This document shows positions 29,327 to 39,343 of a stretch of 64,000 nucleotides of DNA, piece after piece. Numbering within the stretch: position 1 is the stretch's first letter; each line of letters opens with the position of its first letter. Under the pieces are notes generated by a model. That model saw only the letters and a program-made list of their open reading frames with translations, did not search any database and was not told the origin of the DNA. The DNA comes from Myxococcota bacterium (GTDB lineage: Bacteria > Myxococcota_A > UBA796 > CAJQPC01). Both the position numbers and the translations under genes were made by a program. The stretch is taken from assembly GCA_036229005.1 (NCBI GenBank), contig JAZAMN010000020.1, positions 96,001 through 160,000 of the forward strand, read 5' to 3'.

Positions 29327-32300
29327 TACTGGGGCGCTCCCTCGTCGATCCAGTCGGCGATCATCTGCTCGTCCGCGGTGGACAGGTAGGGACCGCCGTT
29401 GGGCATCTGGTTGCCGTCGATGGCGGCGTCCCCGATGACCTTCATGTAGATGTAGCTGTTGGCGCTGTCGAAGGGGGTCACGAGCTCGTAGGTGCTCGGG
29501 AAGTCCACGGAGGCCACGCTGACCAGGTTGTCCCAGGTGCTGATGCCGGTGAGGCCGCCCAAACTGCCGGTGGTGTGGCAGGTCGAGCAGTCGCTGGAGA
29601 ACAGCGGCGCGATGTCCGTGGCGAAGCTGTAGGTGAACCCGCAGCTATCGTTGGAGACGCCGGGGGTGCCGTAGTCCGTGGTCATCAGGGTGCTGGACAC
29701 ACACCAGTGCCCGCCGTAGTCGTTGTCGCTGCTGCTCTCGTAGCCGGGGTCCAGGTTCAGGCTCTTGCCGTTGGCCGCGCCGCCGTTGGTGAAGTCGGGG
29801 AAGTAGGCCGCCGTGTCGTAGGCGACCTCGTCCAGCAGGGTGGTCTGGTCGTCGGCGTAGAAGCTGACGGTGTCGGCGGTGTTGAGCAGGGAGATCTTGC
29901 CGGTTCCGGTGCCGAACTCGAAGACGGCGTCGGGGGTGTAGCCGCCGTTGGTGCCGGTGTCGTCGCTGGAGCCCCAGACGAAGTAGTCGCCGTCGGCGAT
30001 GACCACGCTGTCGGCCAGGGTGGCGCTGTTGCCCCCGCTGTTGGTCCAGTAGAGGCCCTGGAAGTCCAGCTCGCCGCCGGAGTTGTTGAGGATCTCGACG
30101 AACTCCATGTTGGGGTCGTCGCCGCCGGTGGGGTTGATGTTCAGCTCGGTGACGACCAGGTCGCCCTCGGCCAGGTCCTCCAGCAGGTAGGGGGCGTCGC
30201 TGCCGCTACAGTCGTCGTCGGTGCCGTCCTGGCGCAGGGCGGGGGTGCCGTCCTCGTCCACGCTGGGGTTGACGCTGGCGTCGCTGTCGTCGCAGTCCGT
30301 GCCATCGGTGACGCCGGAGACGGGGCTGTCGTCGCCGTAGTCATCGCCGTCGGCGTCGGTCATGCAGTCGGTGGTGCTGTCGATGGCGGCCGCGCCGGGG
30401 AAGGTGTCGCCGTCACTGTCCAGGCAGTCGCTGTTGTCGCTGACGTAGGCGCTGGGCGGGTCGCAGTACTCGGTGCCCGCGTCTGCCGCGTCGCCGTAGC
30501 CGTCGCTGTCACTGTCCACGAACCAGGTGCTGGTCCCGGTGACGCCGGAGTCGTCGTCATCGGCCACACCGTTGCAGTCCTCGTCGGTGTCGCCAGCGTC
30601 GCAGACCTCGGTCGCGTCGGGGTTGATGGCGTAGGTGTCGTCGTCGCAGTCCGTGCCCACGGCCACCGAGCCGCTGACCGATGCGTCGCCGTAGTCGTCG
30701 CCGTCCGTGTCCTTCATGCAGGCGCTGGTGCTGTCGCTTGGGGCCGCGCCCGGGAAGGTGTCGCCGTCGGTGTCGTCGCAGTCGTTGCTGTCGTTGGCCA
30801 GGCCGACGCCGGGGCGGTCGCAGTTGAGGTTCAGGCCGTCGGTGGTGCTGCTGGAGCCGTAGCCGTCTCCGTCGTCGTCCACGTAGCACTCATCGACGTC
30901 ATCGCAGTTCTGGTCGATGCCGTCCGCGGTGACCTCGCTGCCGCCAGGGTTGATGCTGGTGCTGCTGTCATCGCAGTCGGTGTTGTCGGTGGTCACGCCG
31001 GAGGGGGCGTCGCAGTAGAGCGTTCCGCTGTCGTCCTCGTCGCCGTAGCCATCGGAGTCGGAGTCGGTGTAGTACCGGGTCTTGGTGCTGCTGTCGGTGC
31101 TGCTGTCGCTGTCGTCGCTGAGCCCGTCGCAGTCCTCGTCCTTGTCGGCCGAGTCACAGACCTCGGTCAGGCCCGGGCTGCGCCCGGAGTCCCCGTCGTC
31201 GCAGTCGTCGTAGCCGCTGATGGCGGAGCCGACCCAGGTGCTGCCGTCGTCGCTGCACTCCACGTAGCCGTCGCTGTCGTCGTCGGTCTCGTCGGAGGGC
31301 ACGCCGCTGCCGGAGCACTCGTTGAGCTGGCCGTCGCAGAGCTCGGTCGCGCCGGTGTAGACGGTGTCGTCGCTGTCGTCACAGTCGCTCTGGTCGTCGG
31401 CGACCTGGGAGCTGGCCTGGTCGCAGTCCAGATCCGGGCCATCCACCACGGTGCTGCTGCCCTGTCCGTCCCGGTCCAGGTCCTGGTAACAGGAGTCCAC
31501 GCTGTCGCAGTCCTGGTCCACGCCGTCGGCCACGCTCTCGGTGGCGCCGGGGTAGACGCTGGCCAGGGCGTCGTCGCAGTCGTCACCCAGCATGGTGCCG
31601 GAGCCGTCCCAGCCGCCGCTGTCCAAGGTGCACTCGACGTAGCCGTCGGAGTCGTTATCCTGCTCGTCTGCGGGGATGCTGCTGTCGCAGTCGTTGTCCT
31701 GGCCGTCGCAGATCTCGTCGGCGTCAGGGTTCACCGTCTTGTCGCTGTCATCGCAGTCGTCGGCATTGTCCGCGTAGGTCTTCCAGGTCCGCGTGCAGTC
31801 GAAGTCCGCGGCGCCCGTCTCGATGGTGTTGGAGGTGTCGGTGTCACCGAAGCCGTCCTTGTCCGCGTCCAGGTAGCAGGTCTCCACGCCGTCGCAGTCG
31901 TTGTCCACGCCGTCGGCGATCTGCTCAGTCGCGCCCGGGTAGGTGGTGGCCTCGCCGTCGTCGCAGTCGTCGTAGTCGGGCTCGGAGCTGCCGTCCCAGC
32001 CGCCGCTGTCCTCGGAGCACTCCACGTAGCCGTCGCCGTCGTTGTCGATCTCCGAGGCCTCCAGGCTGCCGTCGCAGTCGTTGTCCTGGCCGTCGCAGAC
32101 GTCCGCGGCGCTGGGGTGCACGGTGGAGTCGGTGTCGTCGCAGTCGTCGTAGTCGGGCTCGGAGCTGCCGTCCCAGCCGCCGGCGTCCTCGGAGCACTCC
32201 ACGTAGCCGTCGCCGTCGTTGTCGACCTCGGTGGTCTCCAGGCTGCCGTCGCAGTCATTGTCCTGCCCGTCGCAGACATCCGCTGCGCCCGGGTACATGG

Positions 32301-33693
32301 TCGCGTCGTCGTCGTCGCAGTCGGTGTTGGTGGTCTCGGTGTACTCGGTGGCGGGGTTGGGCGCGCACTGGCACACGAAGCCGCCGTCGGTGCCACCCCA
32401 GCCGTCCTGGTCGTCGTCCAGGTAGTAGTTCTCGCAGTTGGAGTCGTCGGGGTCGTCGCTGGTGGGGATGATCTCCTGACCGTCGCAGTCTGAGTCGATG
32501 CCGTCGCCACAGATGTCGTCCCCGTCCGGGTTCACGTCATCCGCGGCGTCATCGCAGTCCAGCCCCACGCTGCCGTCCCGCTGGGGGACCGTGTCGGAGT
32601 CGTAGCCGTCAAGGTCGGCGTCGAAGTCGCTGTCCGCCCAGCAGTCCGCGTCGATGCCGTCGTAGGGCTGGTCCAGGGGCTCGTCGGACTTGGCGCGCGG
32701 GTAGACCTCCTCGGGGTTCAGGGCGCTGTAGCCGTTCAGGGGGGTGAACTCGGTGGGCGTGCTCGCGCCGTTGTCCCAGCAGTCGAAGGGGTCCAGGCCC
32801 TCGACGACCGCGCCGTCGGCGTCCCGGACCTCGGTGCGGTGGGCCGTGTAGGCGGGGTCGTCCCAGCTATCCGGGAAGGCCAGCACGTAGGCCGCGTCCA
32901 CGTAGCCGTCGCCGTCCTTGTCGCCATCGTTGCCATCGCAGTTGTCGTCGACCCCGTCGTACCAGACCTCGGGCTGGTCGCTGGGGTAGATCGTGGGCTC
33001 GGTGTCGTCGCACTCCTCGCAGCGGGGGAAGCCGTCGCCGTCGCCGTCAAAGTCATCGTCCCCCCCACAGTCCTGGTCCAGGCCGTCGTAGACGGGGTCC
33101 GTGGCGCCCGGGAAGATCAGCTCCGGTCCCACCGTGACCGGGTCGTGGGCGCAGGTGTTCTGCACGTTCAGCGCGACCTCGCTCTCCTGATCCGCGCAGT
33201 CGTCGCCCGCGGGCTGACCGTCCACCCCCAGGGCGTGGGCGGAGTCCACCCCATCCCCATCCTGGTCGAAGTCCGAGTTGCCCCCACAGTCCTGGTCGGT
33301 GCCGTCGTACCAGGTGTCCGTCTTGCCGGGGTTGACCTCGTTGGCCGGGATCTGGGCCAGAGTGGGCACCGTCTGGTACTCGCTTGGCACGTCCACGGGG
33401 TCGTCCCAGCAGTCCCCCGCTGCGATGTGCGCCGGGAAGTTCTGCCAGGCGTCGGGGAAGTCCGCCACGTAGAAGTCCGGCACGTAGCCGTCCCCGTCCT
33501 GGTCGGCGTCGTTGCCGTCGCAGTCCTGATCGATGCCGTCGTACCAGATCTCCGGCTGGTCCCCGACCCCGGCGTCCAGGTCGTTGCAGTCCAGGCCAAA
33601 GGGCACCCCGTCCCCGTCCGCGTCGACCGCGGCCCACTCGGCGCTGCAGCCGGTCAAAAGGAGAAAGAGGGCGGGGAGTGCGAGGGGTCGCAT
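29326..33693 (-). CDS. giant Asp/Cys-rich MopE-like repeat lipoprotein with lamin-tail domain and C-terminal c-type cytochrome
   Basis: LTGC lipobox; many DCDD..PGA.E.CDG.D.DCDG repeats; TELN..EFVEILN; CSTCH...QMP...WIDEGA. Confidence 0.88.
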   Translation of the reverse strand: MRPLALPALFLLLTGCSAEWAAVDADGDGVPFGLDCNDLDAGVGDQPEIWYDGIDQDCDGNDADQDGDGYVPDFYVADFPDAWQNFPAHIAAGDCWDDPVDVPSEYQTVPTLAQIPANEVNPGKTDTWYDGTDQDCGGNSDFDQDGDGVDSAHALGVDGQPAGDDCADQESEVALNVQNTCAHDPVTVGPELIFPGATDPVYDGLDQDCGGDDDFDGDGDGFPRCEECDDTEPTIYPSDQPEVWYDGVDDNCDGNDGDKDGDGYVDAAYVLAFPDSWDDPAYTAHRTEVRDADGAVVEGLDPFDCWDNGASTPTEFTPLNGYSALNPEEVYPRAKSDEPLDQPYDGIDADCWADSDFDADLDGYDSDTVPQRDGSVGLDCDDAADDVNPDGDDICGDGIDSDCDGQEIIPTSDDPDDSNCENYYLDDDQDGWGGTDGGFVCQCAPNPATEYTETTNTDCDDDDATMYPGAADVCDGQDNDCDGSLETTEVDNDGDGYVECSEDAGGWDGSSEPDYDDCDDTDSTVHPSAADVCDGQDNDCDGSLEASEIDNDGDGYVECSEDSGGWDGSSEPDYDDCDDGEATTYPGATEQIADGVDNDCDGVETCYLDADKDGFGDTDTSNTIETGAADFDCTRTWKTYADNADDCDDSDKTVNPDADEICDGQDNDCDSSIPADEQDNDSDGYVECTLDSGGWDGSGTMLGDDCDDALASVYPGATESVADGVDQDCDSVDSCYQDLDRDGQGSSTVVDGPDLDCDQASSQVADDQSDCDDSDDTVYTGATELCDGQLNECSGSGVPSDETDDDSDGYVECSDDGSTWVGSAISGYDDCDDGDSGRSPGLTEVCDSADKDEDCDGLSDDSDSSTDSSTKTRYYTDSDSDGYGDEDDSGTLYCDAPSGVTTDNTDCDDSSTSINPGGSEVTADGIDQNCDDVDECYVDDDGDGYGSSSTTDGLNLNCDRPGVGLANDSNDCDDTDGDTFPGAAPSDSTSACMKDTDGDDYGDASVSGSVAVGTDCDDDTYAINPDATEVCDAGDTDEDCNGVADDDDSGVTGTSTWFVDSDSDGYGDAADAGTEYCDPPSAYVSDNSDCLDSDGDTFPGAAAIDSTTDCMTDADGDDYGDDSPVSGVTDGTDCDDSDASVNPSVDEDGTPALRQDGTDDDCSGSDAPYLLEDLAEGDLVVTELNINPTGGDDPNMEFVEILNNSGGELDFQGLYWTNSGGNSATLADSVVIADGDYFVWGSSDDTGTNGGYTPDAVFEFGTGTGKISLLNTADTVSFYADDQTTLLDEVAYDTAAYFPDFTNGGAANGKSLNLDPGYESSSDNDYGGHWCVSSTLMTTDYGTPGVSNDSCGFTYSFATDIAPLFSSDCSTCHTTGSLGGLTGISTWDNLVSVASVDFPSTYELVTPFDSANSYIYMKVIGDAAIDGNQMPNGGPYLSTADEQMIADWIDEGAPQ

Positions 33694-33859
33694 GGGTCAA
33701 CCTCAGGAGATCAAGGCGCTCAGGGTACCTGCGGTCAACACCCCGGCACAACCGAGGACACCCGGATGTACAGGGGCCGCCACACTTTCACTTGACGGGA
33801 CCGCCGCGGGCAATACCTGAGCCCCCCGACGCGAAGAGCCCGGGCAGTGAAGGATCCCC

Positions 33860-34783
33860 ATGATCAAGGTCGAGAACCTGACCAAGCGCTACGGCGCGAC
33901 CACGGCGGTCTCCGGCATCTCCTTTGAGGTCCCCAAGGGCGAGGTCGTGGGCTTCTTGGGCCCCAACGGCGCCGGCAAGACCACCACGATGCGCATCATC
34001 ACCGGCTCCCTGGGCGCGACCGAGGGCCGCGTGACCCTGGACGGCCAGGACGTGTTCGAGCACCCCGCCGAGACCAAGCGCCGCATCGGCTACCTGCCCG
34101 AGGTCCCGCCCCTCTACACCGACATGCGCGTGCGCGACTACGTGCGCTTCGCCGGCAAGCTCAAGGGCGTGGACGACCCCAAGGCCGCCGCCGAGAAGGT
34201 CATCGACCGCGTGGGCCTGCGCCCGGTGGCCCACCGCATCATCGACCACCTGTCCAAGGGCTACCGCCAGCGCTGCGGCGTGGCCCAGGCCCTGGTGCAC
34301 GACCCCGACGTGCTGATCCTGGACGAGCCCTACTCAGGCCTGGATCCCGCCCAGCGGCTGGAGATCCGCGAGCTGCTCCAGGAGCTGGCCCAGGAAGAGC
34401 GCACGGTCATCCTGTCCACGCATGTCCTCGCTGACATCGAGGCCATGTGTGAGCGTGTCGTGATCATCAACCAGGGCCAGATGGTGGGCCAAGGCCCCAT
34501 CGACGAGCTCTCCTCCGTCCTCGGAGCCCGCTCCATCATGCTGACCGTCGCGCGCCCCCAGGGCCTGCAGGACACCCTGATGGCCGTCCAGGGCGTGGTC
34601 AGCGTGGAGCCCCAGGGGGGCCAGTTCCGGGTCATCACCGAGGGCGAGGACCTGCGCGAGCAGATCGCCGCGGCCGCCATCACCCACGGCCTGCTGGAGC
34701 TGTCGGGGCGCCAGTCGCTCGAGGACATCTTCCTGCACCTCACCCGCACCCAGACTGCGCCCGACAGCGGCGCGGAGGCCTGA
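33860..34783 (+). CDS. ABC transporter ATP-binding protein (GldA-like)
   Basis: GPNGAGKTT, LSKGYRQR, ILDEP, STH. Confidence 0.93.
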   Translation: MIKVENLTKRYGATTAVSGISFEVPKGEVVGFLGPNGAGKTTTMRIITGSLGATEGRVTLDGQDVFEHPAETKRRIGYLPEVPPLYTDMRVRDYVRFAGKLKGVDDPKAAAEKVIDRVGLRPVAHRIIDHLSKGYRQRCGVAQALVHDPDVLILDEPYSGLDPAQRLEIRELLQELAQEERTVILSTHVLADIEAMCERVVIINQGQMVGQGPIDELSSVLGARSIMLTVARPQGLQDTLMAVQGVVSVEPQGGQFRVITEGEDLREQIAAAAITHGLLELSGRQSLEDIFLHLTRTQTAPDSGAEA

Positions 34784-35565
34784 TGCGCAACACCTTCGCG
34801 ATCGCCGGCCGGGAGCTCCGCAGCTACTTCGCCACCCCCGTCGGGTGGTTGAGCCTGACCGGCTACGTCTTCCTGACCGGCTTCTTCTTCCTGGCCTTCT
34901 TGCTCTACTACAACGAGCAGGCCGCCACGATGGGCTTCAACCCCTACGGCGAAGCCGACATGAACGTGGATGAGTGGCTGGTCGCGCCCTTCTTCGGGAA
35001 CGCCAACATCATCCTGCTCTTTCTGTGCCCGGCGCTGACCATGCGCCTTCTGGCGGAAGACCGGAAGTCCAAGTCCCTGGAGCTGCTGCTCACCTCGCCC
35101 ATCTCGACCACGGAGATCGTGCTGGGCAAGTACCTGGGGGCCCTGGGCTTCGTGCTGGTGCTCTTCGCGGGCACCCTGCACTACCCGGCCCTGCTGATGT
35201 GGATGGGCGACCCCGACCCCGGCATCCTGGCCTCCTGCTACCTGAGCTGGACCATGATGACCGCCTGCTTCATGGCCGTCGGGCTGATGGCCAGCGCGTT
35301 CACCGAGAACCAGATGGTGGCGATGATCCTGGCTTTTGGCCTGCTGCTGATCTTCTGGCTGCTGGGCTGGATGGAGAGCGGGCTGGGCTCCACGGGCTTC
35401 CAGGCCACCATCAAGGAGGTCCTGAGCTTCGCGAGCCTGGTCAACCGCACCGAGGACATGCAGAAGGGCCTGATCCACACCAAGGATCTCGTCTACTTTG
35501 CCAGCTTCATCGGCTTCTTTCTCTTCGTCACGCACCAGCGCGTCGAAGCCTACCGGTGGAGGTGA
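34783..35565 (+). CDS. ABC-2 permease (GldF-like)
   Basis: RELRSYF.TP, TMRLLAEDR...LELLLTSP, GKYL, TENQ. Confidence 0.9.
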   Translation: MRNTFAIAGRELRSYFATPVGWLSLTGYVFLTGFFFLAFLLYYNEQAATMGFNPYGEADMNVDEWLVAPFFGNANIILLFLCPALTMRLLAEDRKSKSLELLLTSPISTTEIVLGKYLGALGFVLVLFAGTLHYPALLMWMGDPDPGILASCYLSWTMMTACFMAVGLMASAFTENQMVAMILAFGLLLIFWLLGWMESGLGSTGFQATIKEVLSFASLVNRTEDMQKGLIHTKDLVYFASFIGFFLFVTHQRVEAYRWR

Positions 35566-35568
35566 GTG

Positions 35569-37188
35569 ATGGAGACCCTCCGCAAGTACGCGTGGATCCT
35601 TGGCATCGTCGGTGGTGTCCTCGTTCTCACCTTCCTGGGCTCCTACGCCGCGCTCCAGACCATCCAGACGGGGTTCGGTGTGGTCGGTGGCATCGGGGCC
35701 GCCCTGCTCATCGCCTACCTCATCCTGGACCGTGAGGACGTCGCCGCCGTCGCGAAGTCGCGGAACACCTCCCTGGCCGGCGGGGCCGTGCTGCTGGTGG
35801 CGCTGGCCCTGGGCATCGCGGTGGCCGCCAACGTGCTGGGCGACCGCTACGACAAGCGCTGGGACCTGACCTCCACGGGCGTCTACACCCTCTCCGAGCA
35901 GTCGGTGCAGGTGGCCGCGGCCCTGGAGCAGCCGGTCAAGGTCTACGGCTTCTTTGGCATCGAGTCGGCCGAGGCCGGCGCCGCCTTCGAGGAGCGCATC
36001 GCGTCCTACGCCGAGCACACCGAGCTGCTGGACTTCCAGATGATCGACCCCGTCGCGGAGCCCATGCTGGCCCAGCAGATGGGCGTGACCTCGGTGTACG
36101 GCACGGTGGTGTTCGAGATGGGCGAGCGCAGCCAGCGCCTGGAGACCGACTACGGCGAGGAGGCCATCACCAACGCGCTGATCAACCTGAGCTCCGGCGC
36201 CGAGCACATCCTGTGCTTCACCCAGGGCCACGGCGAGCGCGACCTGGACGACGACTTCGGCGAGACCGGGTTCGGCGGGGTGATCCTGAAGGCCGAGGGC
36301 GGCAACTACACCGCCAAGAACTTCTCCCCCTTCCAGGAAAAGGGCATCCCGGCCGACTGCGAGGTCGTGCTGGTGGTCGCGCCGAACACGGACTTCCTGC
36401 CCATGGAGCGCGAGCTCCTGGCTGGCTGGGTGGCTCAGGGCGGGGCGATGATGGTCCTGCTGGAGCCCTTCTCCGTGACCCAATCCGGGGTTCACCCCGC
36501 GACCCCCGAGCTGGCCGCCGACATGGCACGCTACGGGATCGCCGTCGGCGAGGACATCGTCATCGAGGCGGACCCGCAGTTCATGCAGGCCGGGCTGGAC
36601 GCGAGCATGGTCATGCTCATGCCGGACAGCTTCGACTTCCACCCCGTGGTGCAGAGCCTGCAGTCCTTTGTGCTGCTGGAGCTGGCCCGCTCGGTGGAGG
36701 CCATCGAGGGCACCCCCGAGGGCCTGCAGGTGCAGGTGTTGGCGCGCACCAGCGCGGAGTCCTGGGCCGAGTCCGACCCCGCCTCCGCCCTGGAGGGCGA
36801 GCTGGAGCCGGGCGAGGGTGACAAGATCGGCAGCGTGGGCGTGATGGCGCTCTCGCAGATCCAGGACCCCAGCCTGCTGAACCTGGATCCCGAGACCGCC
36901 CCCGCCGACCTCAAGCCTGGTGGCCGCGTGCTGGTCGTCGGCGACGCCGACTTCGCGTCCAACAAGCTGGTGCTCAACGGCAACAACCTGGATCTCTTCC
37001 TCAACGGCGTGGCCTGGCTGGTGGGCGAAGAGGAGCAGATCGCCATCCGCGCGAATGAGGCCAAGGGCGGCCAGCTCAGCGCCAGCCTGGCGCAGCTCAT
37101 CCTGACCGGATTGCTGGTGATGCTGGTGTTCCCGGGGCTCGCCGTGGCCGCCGCGATCGCCACCTGGGTGGTGCGGCGCAAGCTGTAG
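35569..37188 (+). CDS. GldG-like ABC auxiliary protein
   Basis: RWDLT...YTLS, FTQGHGE, VVGDADF, N.DLFLN.V.WL. Confidence 0.9.
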   Translation: METLRKYAWILGIVGGVLVLTFLGSYAALQTIQTGFGVVGGIGAALLIAYLILDREDVAAVAKSRNTSLAGGAVLLVALALGIAVAANVLGDRYDKRWDLTSTGVYTLSEQSVQVAAALEQPVKVYGFFGIESAEAGAAFEERIASYAEHTELLDFQMIDPVAEPMLAQQMGVTSVYGTVVFEMGERSQRLETDYGEEAITNALINLSSGAEHILCFTQGHGERDLDDDFGETGFGGVILKAEGGNYTAKNFSPFQEKGIPADCEVVLVVAPNTDFLPMERELLAGWVAQGGAMMVLLEPFSVTQSGVHPATPELAADMARYGIAVGEDIVIEADPQFMQAGLDASMVMLMPDSFDFHPVVQSLQSFVLLELARSVEAIEGTPEGLQVQVLARTSAESWAESDPASALEGELEPGEGDKIGSVGVMALSQIQDPSLLNLDPETAPADLKPGGRVLVVGDADFASNKLVLNGNNLDLFLNGVAWLVGEEEQIAIRANEAKGGQLSASLAQLILTGLLVMLVFPGLAVAAAIATWVVRRKL

Positions 37189-37254
37189 CCCTGATCTTTG
37201 GGTGGCGTTACGCCATCTGCGACTGAACCACCGTTCACTTTCCTGGAGCGACCC

Positions 37255-37560
37255 ATGGCTGACCACGTCGAGTTCTTCACCAAGACCCTCCCCGCCAAGT
37301 TCGAGGCTGAGCCCAACCTCAAGGACATCGGCGCGAGCTTCGCCTTCAACATCGACGGCGGCACCAGCTACACCATCAACCTGGCCGAGAGCTCCGTGAC
37401 CGAGGGTGCCGGCGCTGCCGACTGCACCATCAACGTGGGCAAGGACGACTTCGAGGCGCTGCTGGACAACCCCGGCATGGCGATGCCCCTGTTCATGCAG
37501 GGCAAGCTGACCGCCGACAACCTGGGCCTGGCCACCCAGCTCCAGACCCTGTTGGGCTGA
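37255..37560 (+). CDS. SCP2 sterol/lipid-binding domain protein
   Basis: ADCTI, LFMQGKL...NLGLA; GGAG RBS. Confidence 0.88.
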   Translation: MADHVEFFTKTLPAKFEAEPNLKDIGASFAFNIDGGTSYTINLAESSVTEGAGAADCTINVGKDDFEALLDNPGMAMPLFMQGKLTADNLGLATQLQTLLG

Positions 37561-37620
37561 TGCGCTGAGGCTGCGGGCGCTGGGGTCGCTGACTCCAGGG
37601 CCCTCGGGATCCAAGAGAAC

Positions 37621-37649
37621 GGGCGCGTCCTTCGGGGCGCGCCCTTCTT
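37621..37649 (+). terminator. intrinsic terminator after the SCP2 gene
   Basis: GGGCGCGTCC-TTCG-GGGCGCGCCC-TTCTT. Confidence 0.75.
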
Positions 37650-37665
37650 GTCTCTGGGCCCCCAC

Positions 37666-38454
37666 TCAGGAGCGGGGGCAGTCCTGATCGCGCATCCAGG
37701 AGTGCCGCTGCCCGCTGGCCGTCAGCACCAGCCCGCTGGGCAGCTCGGCGCGGTAGACCAGCTCCTGGACCTGCGCACAGCGGGTGCGGTTGCCCTGCTC
37801 GAAAGACACCAGGGTGACCTCGTTTGTGGGCACGGTCGCACGGTAGCTGATGGCCTTCCGACCGCCGTAGTGGGTTTGGGTCGTTGCCTGGAGGAGCTGA
37901 TCTGCCTCCTCCTTCTGCAGGGGCTCGGAGAGGTAGGTGGCCTCGGGGTCGTCCAAGGCGTGGCCGGGCAAGGGAAACGCCACGCGCACCTTGCCGTCGG
38001 CGGCGGGCAACAGCTTCACCATGTCCAGGCCCATGGACATCCACTGGCCCAGCTCATCCGGGTTGCTGAACGGCGCGCTGCTCCTGGCGCCCGGCGGCGG
38101 ACCGGGGCAGCGCTTGGGCGGGCTCTTCTCGACGTGCAGAGGGCCCATCGTGAAGCTGCCTTGGGGGGTGCGGCCCCTCCAAGCCCAGAGCGGTGCGCCC
38201 CCGCAGCTTCCATCGCGCACCCAGTGTCCAGCCTCGGGCCAGAAGCAGCCCTGCTGGGTGAGGGGCAGGTCGGTGTTGGGGTCGCCCTGCTGGGTGCTGT
38301 AGCTGCAGGGACCGCCGGGGGCGCAGACGCCGCTCTGGATCTCGTAGGTGATCCGCGGTGAGCCCTCTCCTGGGCAGCGCTCACTGACCTCCGTGACCAG
38401 GGGCATGGGCGGGAGCCCGGTGGCGGTGAGCAGCAGCAGGAAGAGGGTGTTCAT
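37666..38454 (-). CDS. secreted Cys-containing hypothetical protein
   Basis: Hydrophobic N-terminus; several Cys pairs. Confidence 0.6.
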   Translation of the reverse strand: MNTLFLLLLTATGLPPMPLVTEVSERCPGEGSPRITYEIQSGVCAPGGPCSYSTQQGDPNTDLPLTQQGCFWPEAGHWVRDGSCGGAPLWAWRGRTPQGSFTMGPLHVEKSPPKRCPGPPPGARSSAPFSNPDELGQWMSMGLDMVKLLPAADGKVRVAFPLPGHALDDPEATYLSEPLQKEEADQLLQATTQTHYGGRKAISYRATVPTNEVTLVSFEQGNRTRCAQVQELVYRAELPSGLVLTASGQRHSWMRDQDCPRS

Positions 38455-38469
38455 GCCGCAACAACGCGC

Positions 38470-39312
38470 TCAGGCGGCGAGATCTTGCAGCGCTCCCCAG
38501 AAGCCCTGGAGCTGCTGGGCCTGGACGGTGAACTCGCCCAGGCGATGGCCGTACCAGCCGTGCCAGTCGGAGCCACCGGTGGCGACCAGCCCGTACTTGC
38601 GGGTGAAGCGGCCGAGCTCGCGCCGGGTCTTGCCGCCGATGCGGGGGCGGTAGACCTCCAGGCCTTGGATGCCCATGGGGACCAGGTCCCGCAGGTAGGC
38701 GCGCGCCTGGTCCAGCGAAGGGTGGGCCCAGACGGTGAGACCGCCGGCGTCGCGGCCCGCCTGGATGGCGTCCTGTACCGAGAGGGTGACCGGCGGGACC
38801 TTGCCCAAGCTGGTGCCGGCGTAGCGAGAGAAGGCGTCGCGCAGGTTCTCCGCGTGGCCGGACTGGACGATGGCCTGGGCCAGGTGCAGGCGGGTGATCG
38901 CGCGCTCGCCGGAGACGGCCCGCTGGTCGGGGGACTCCAGCACGCCGTCCAGGCCCATGTTCACCAGGGCCTGCTGGTAGCGATCGGCCCGGCGGGCGGC
39001 GAGCTCGGAGCAGAAGCTCCGGAACTCCGGGGGCATCTCGGCGGGGAAGTAGACCAGGATGTGCAGCTCGGTGTCGACGTGCCAGCCGGAGAGCTCCACC
39101 GCGTGCAGCAGGTGGATGTCGTGGCCGTCGATGGTCTGCGGGCCGGCGGGGAGCTGCGCGGGCAGGTCGTGGTCGGTGAGGGCGAGCACGTCGATCTTCC
39201 CGGCCACCGCCTGCGCGAGGACCGTGTCCGGGTCGAAGCGCCCGTCGGAGCCCGTGCTGTGCAGGTGCAGGTCAAGGCGGGCGTTGGGGTGCAGTGTGGG
39301 CAGCGGAGTCAT
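38470..39312 (-). CDS. PHP domain phosphoesterase (TrpH/YciV-like)
   Basis: DLHLHSTGSDG, ALTDHD, VELS, AHP, GGSDWHG. Confidence 0.92.
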   Translation of the reverse strand: MTPLPTLHPNARLDLHLHSTGSDGRFDPDTVLAQAVAGKIDVLALTDHDLPAQLPAGPQTIDGHDIHLLHAVELSGWHVDTELHILVYFPAEMPPEFRSFCSELAARRADRYQQALVNMGLDGVLESPDQRAVSGERAITRLHLAQAIVQSGHAENLRDAFSRYAGTSLGKVPPVTLSVQDAIQAGRDAGGLTVWAHPSLDQARAYLRDLVPMGIQGLEVYRPRIGGKTRRELGRFTRKYGLVATGGSDWHGWYGHRLGEFTVQAQQLQGFWGALQDLAA

Positions 39313-39343
39313 CACCTGCACCTGTAACGCGGCGCGCTCGCGG

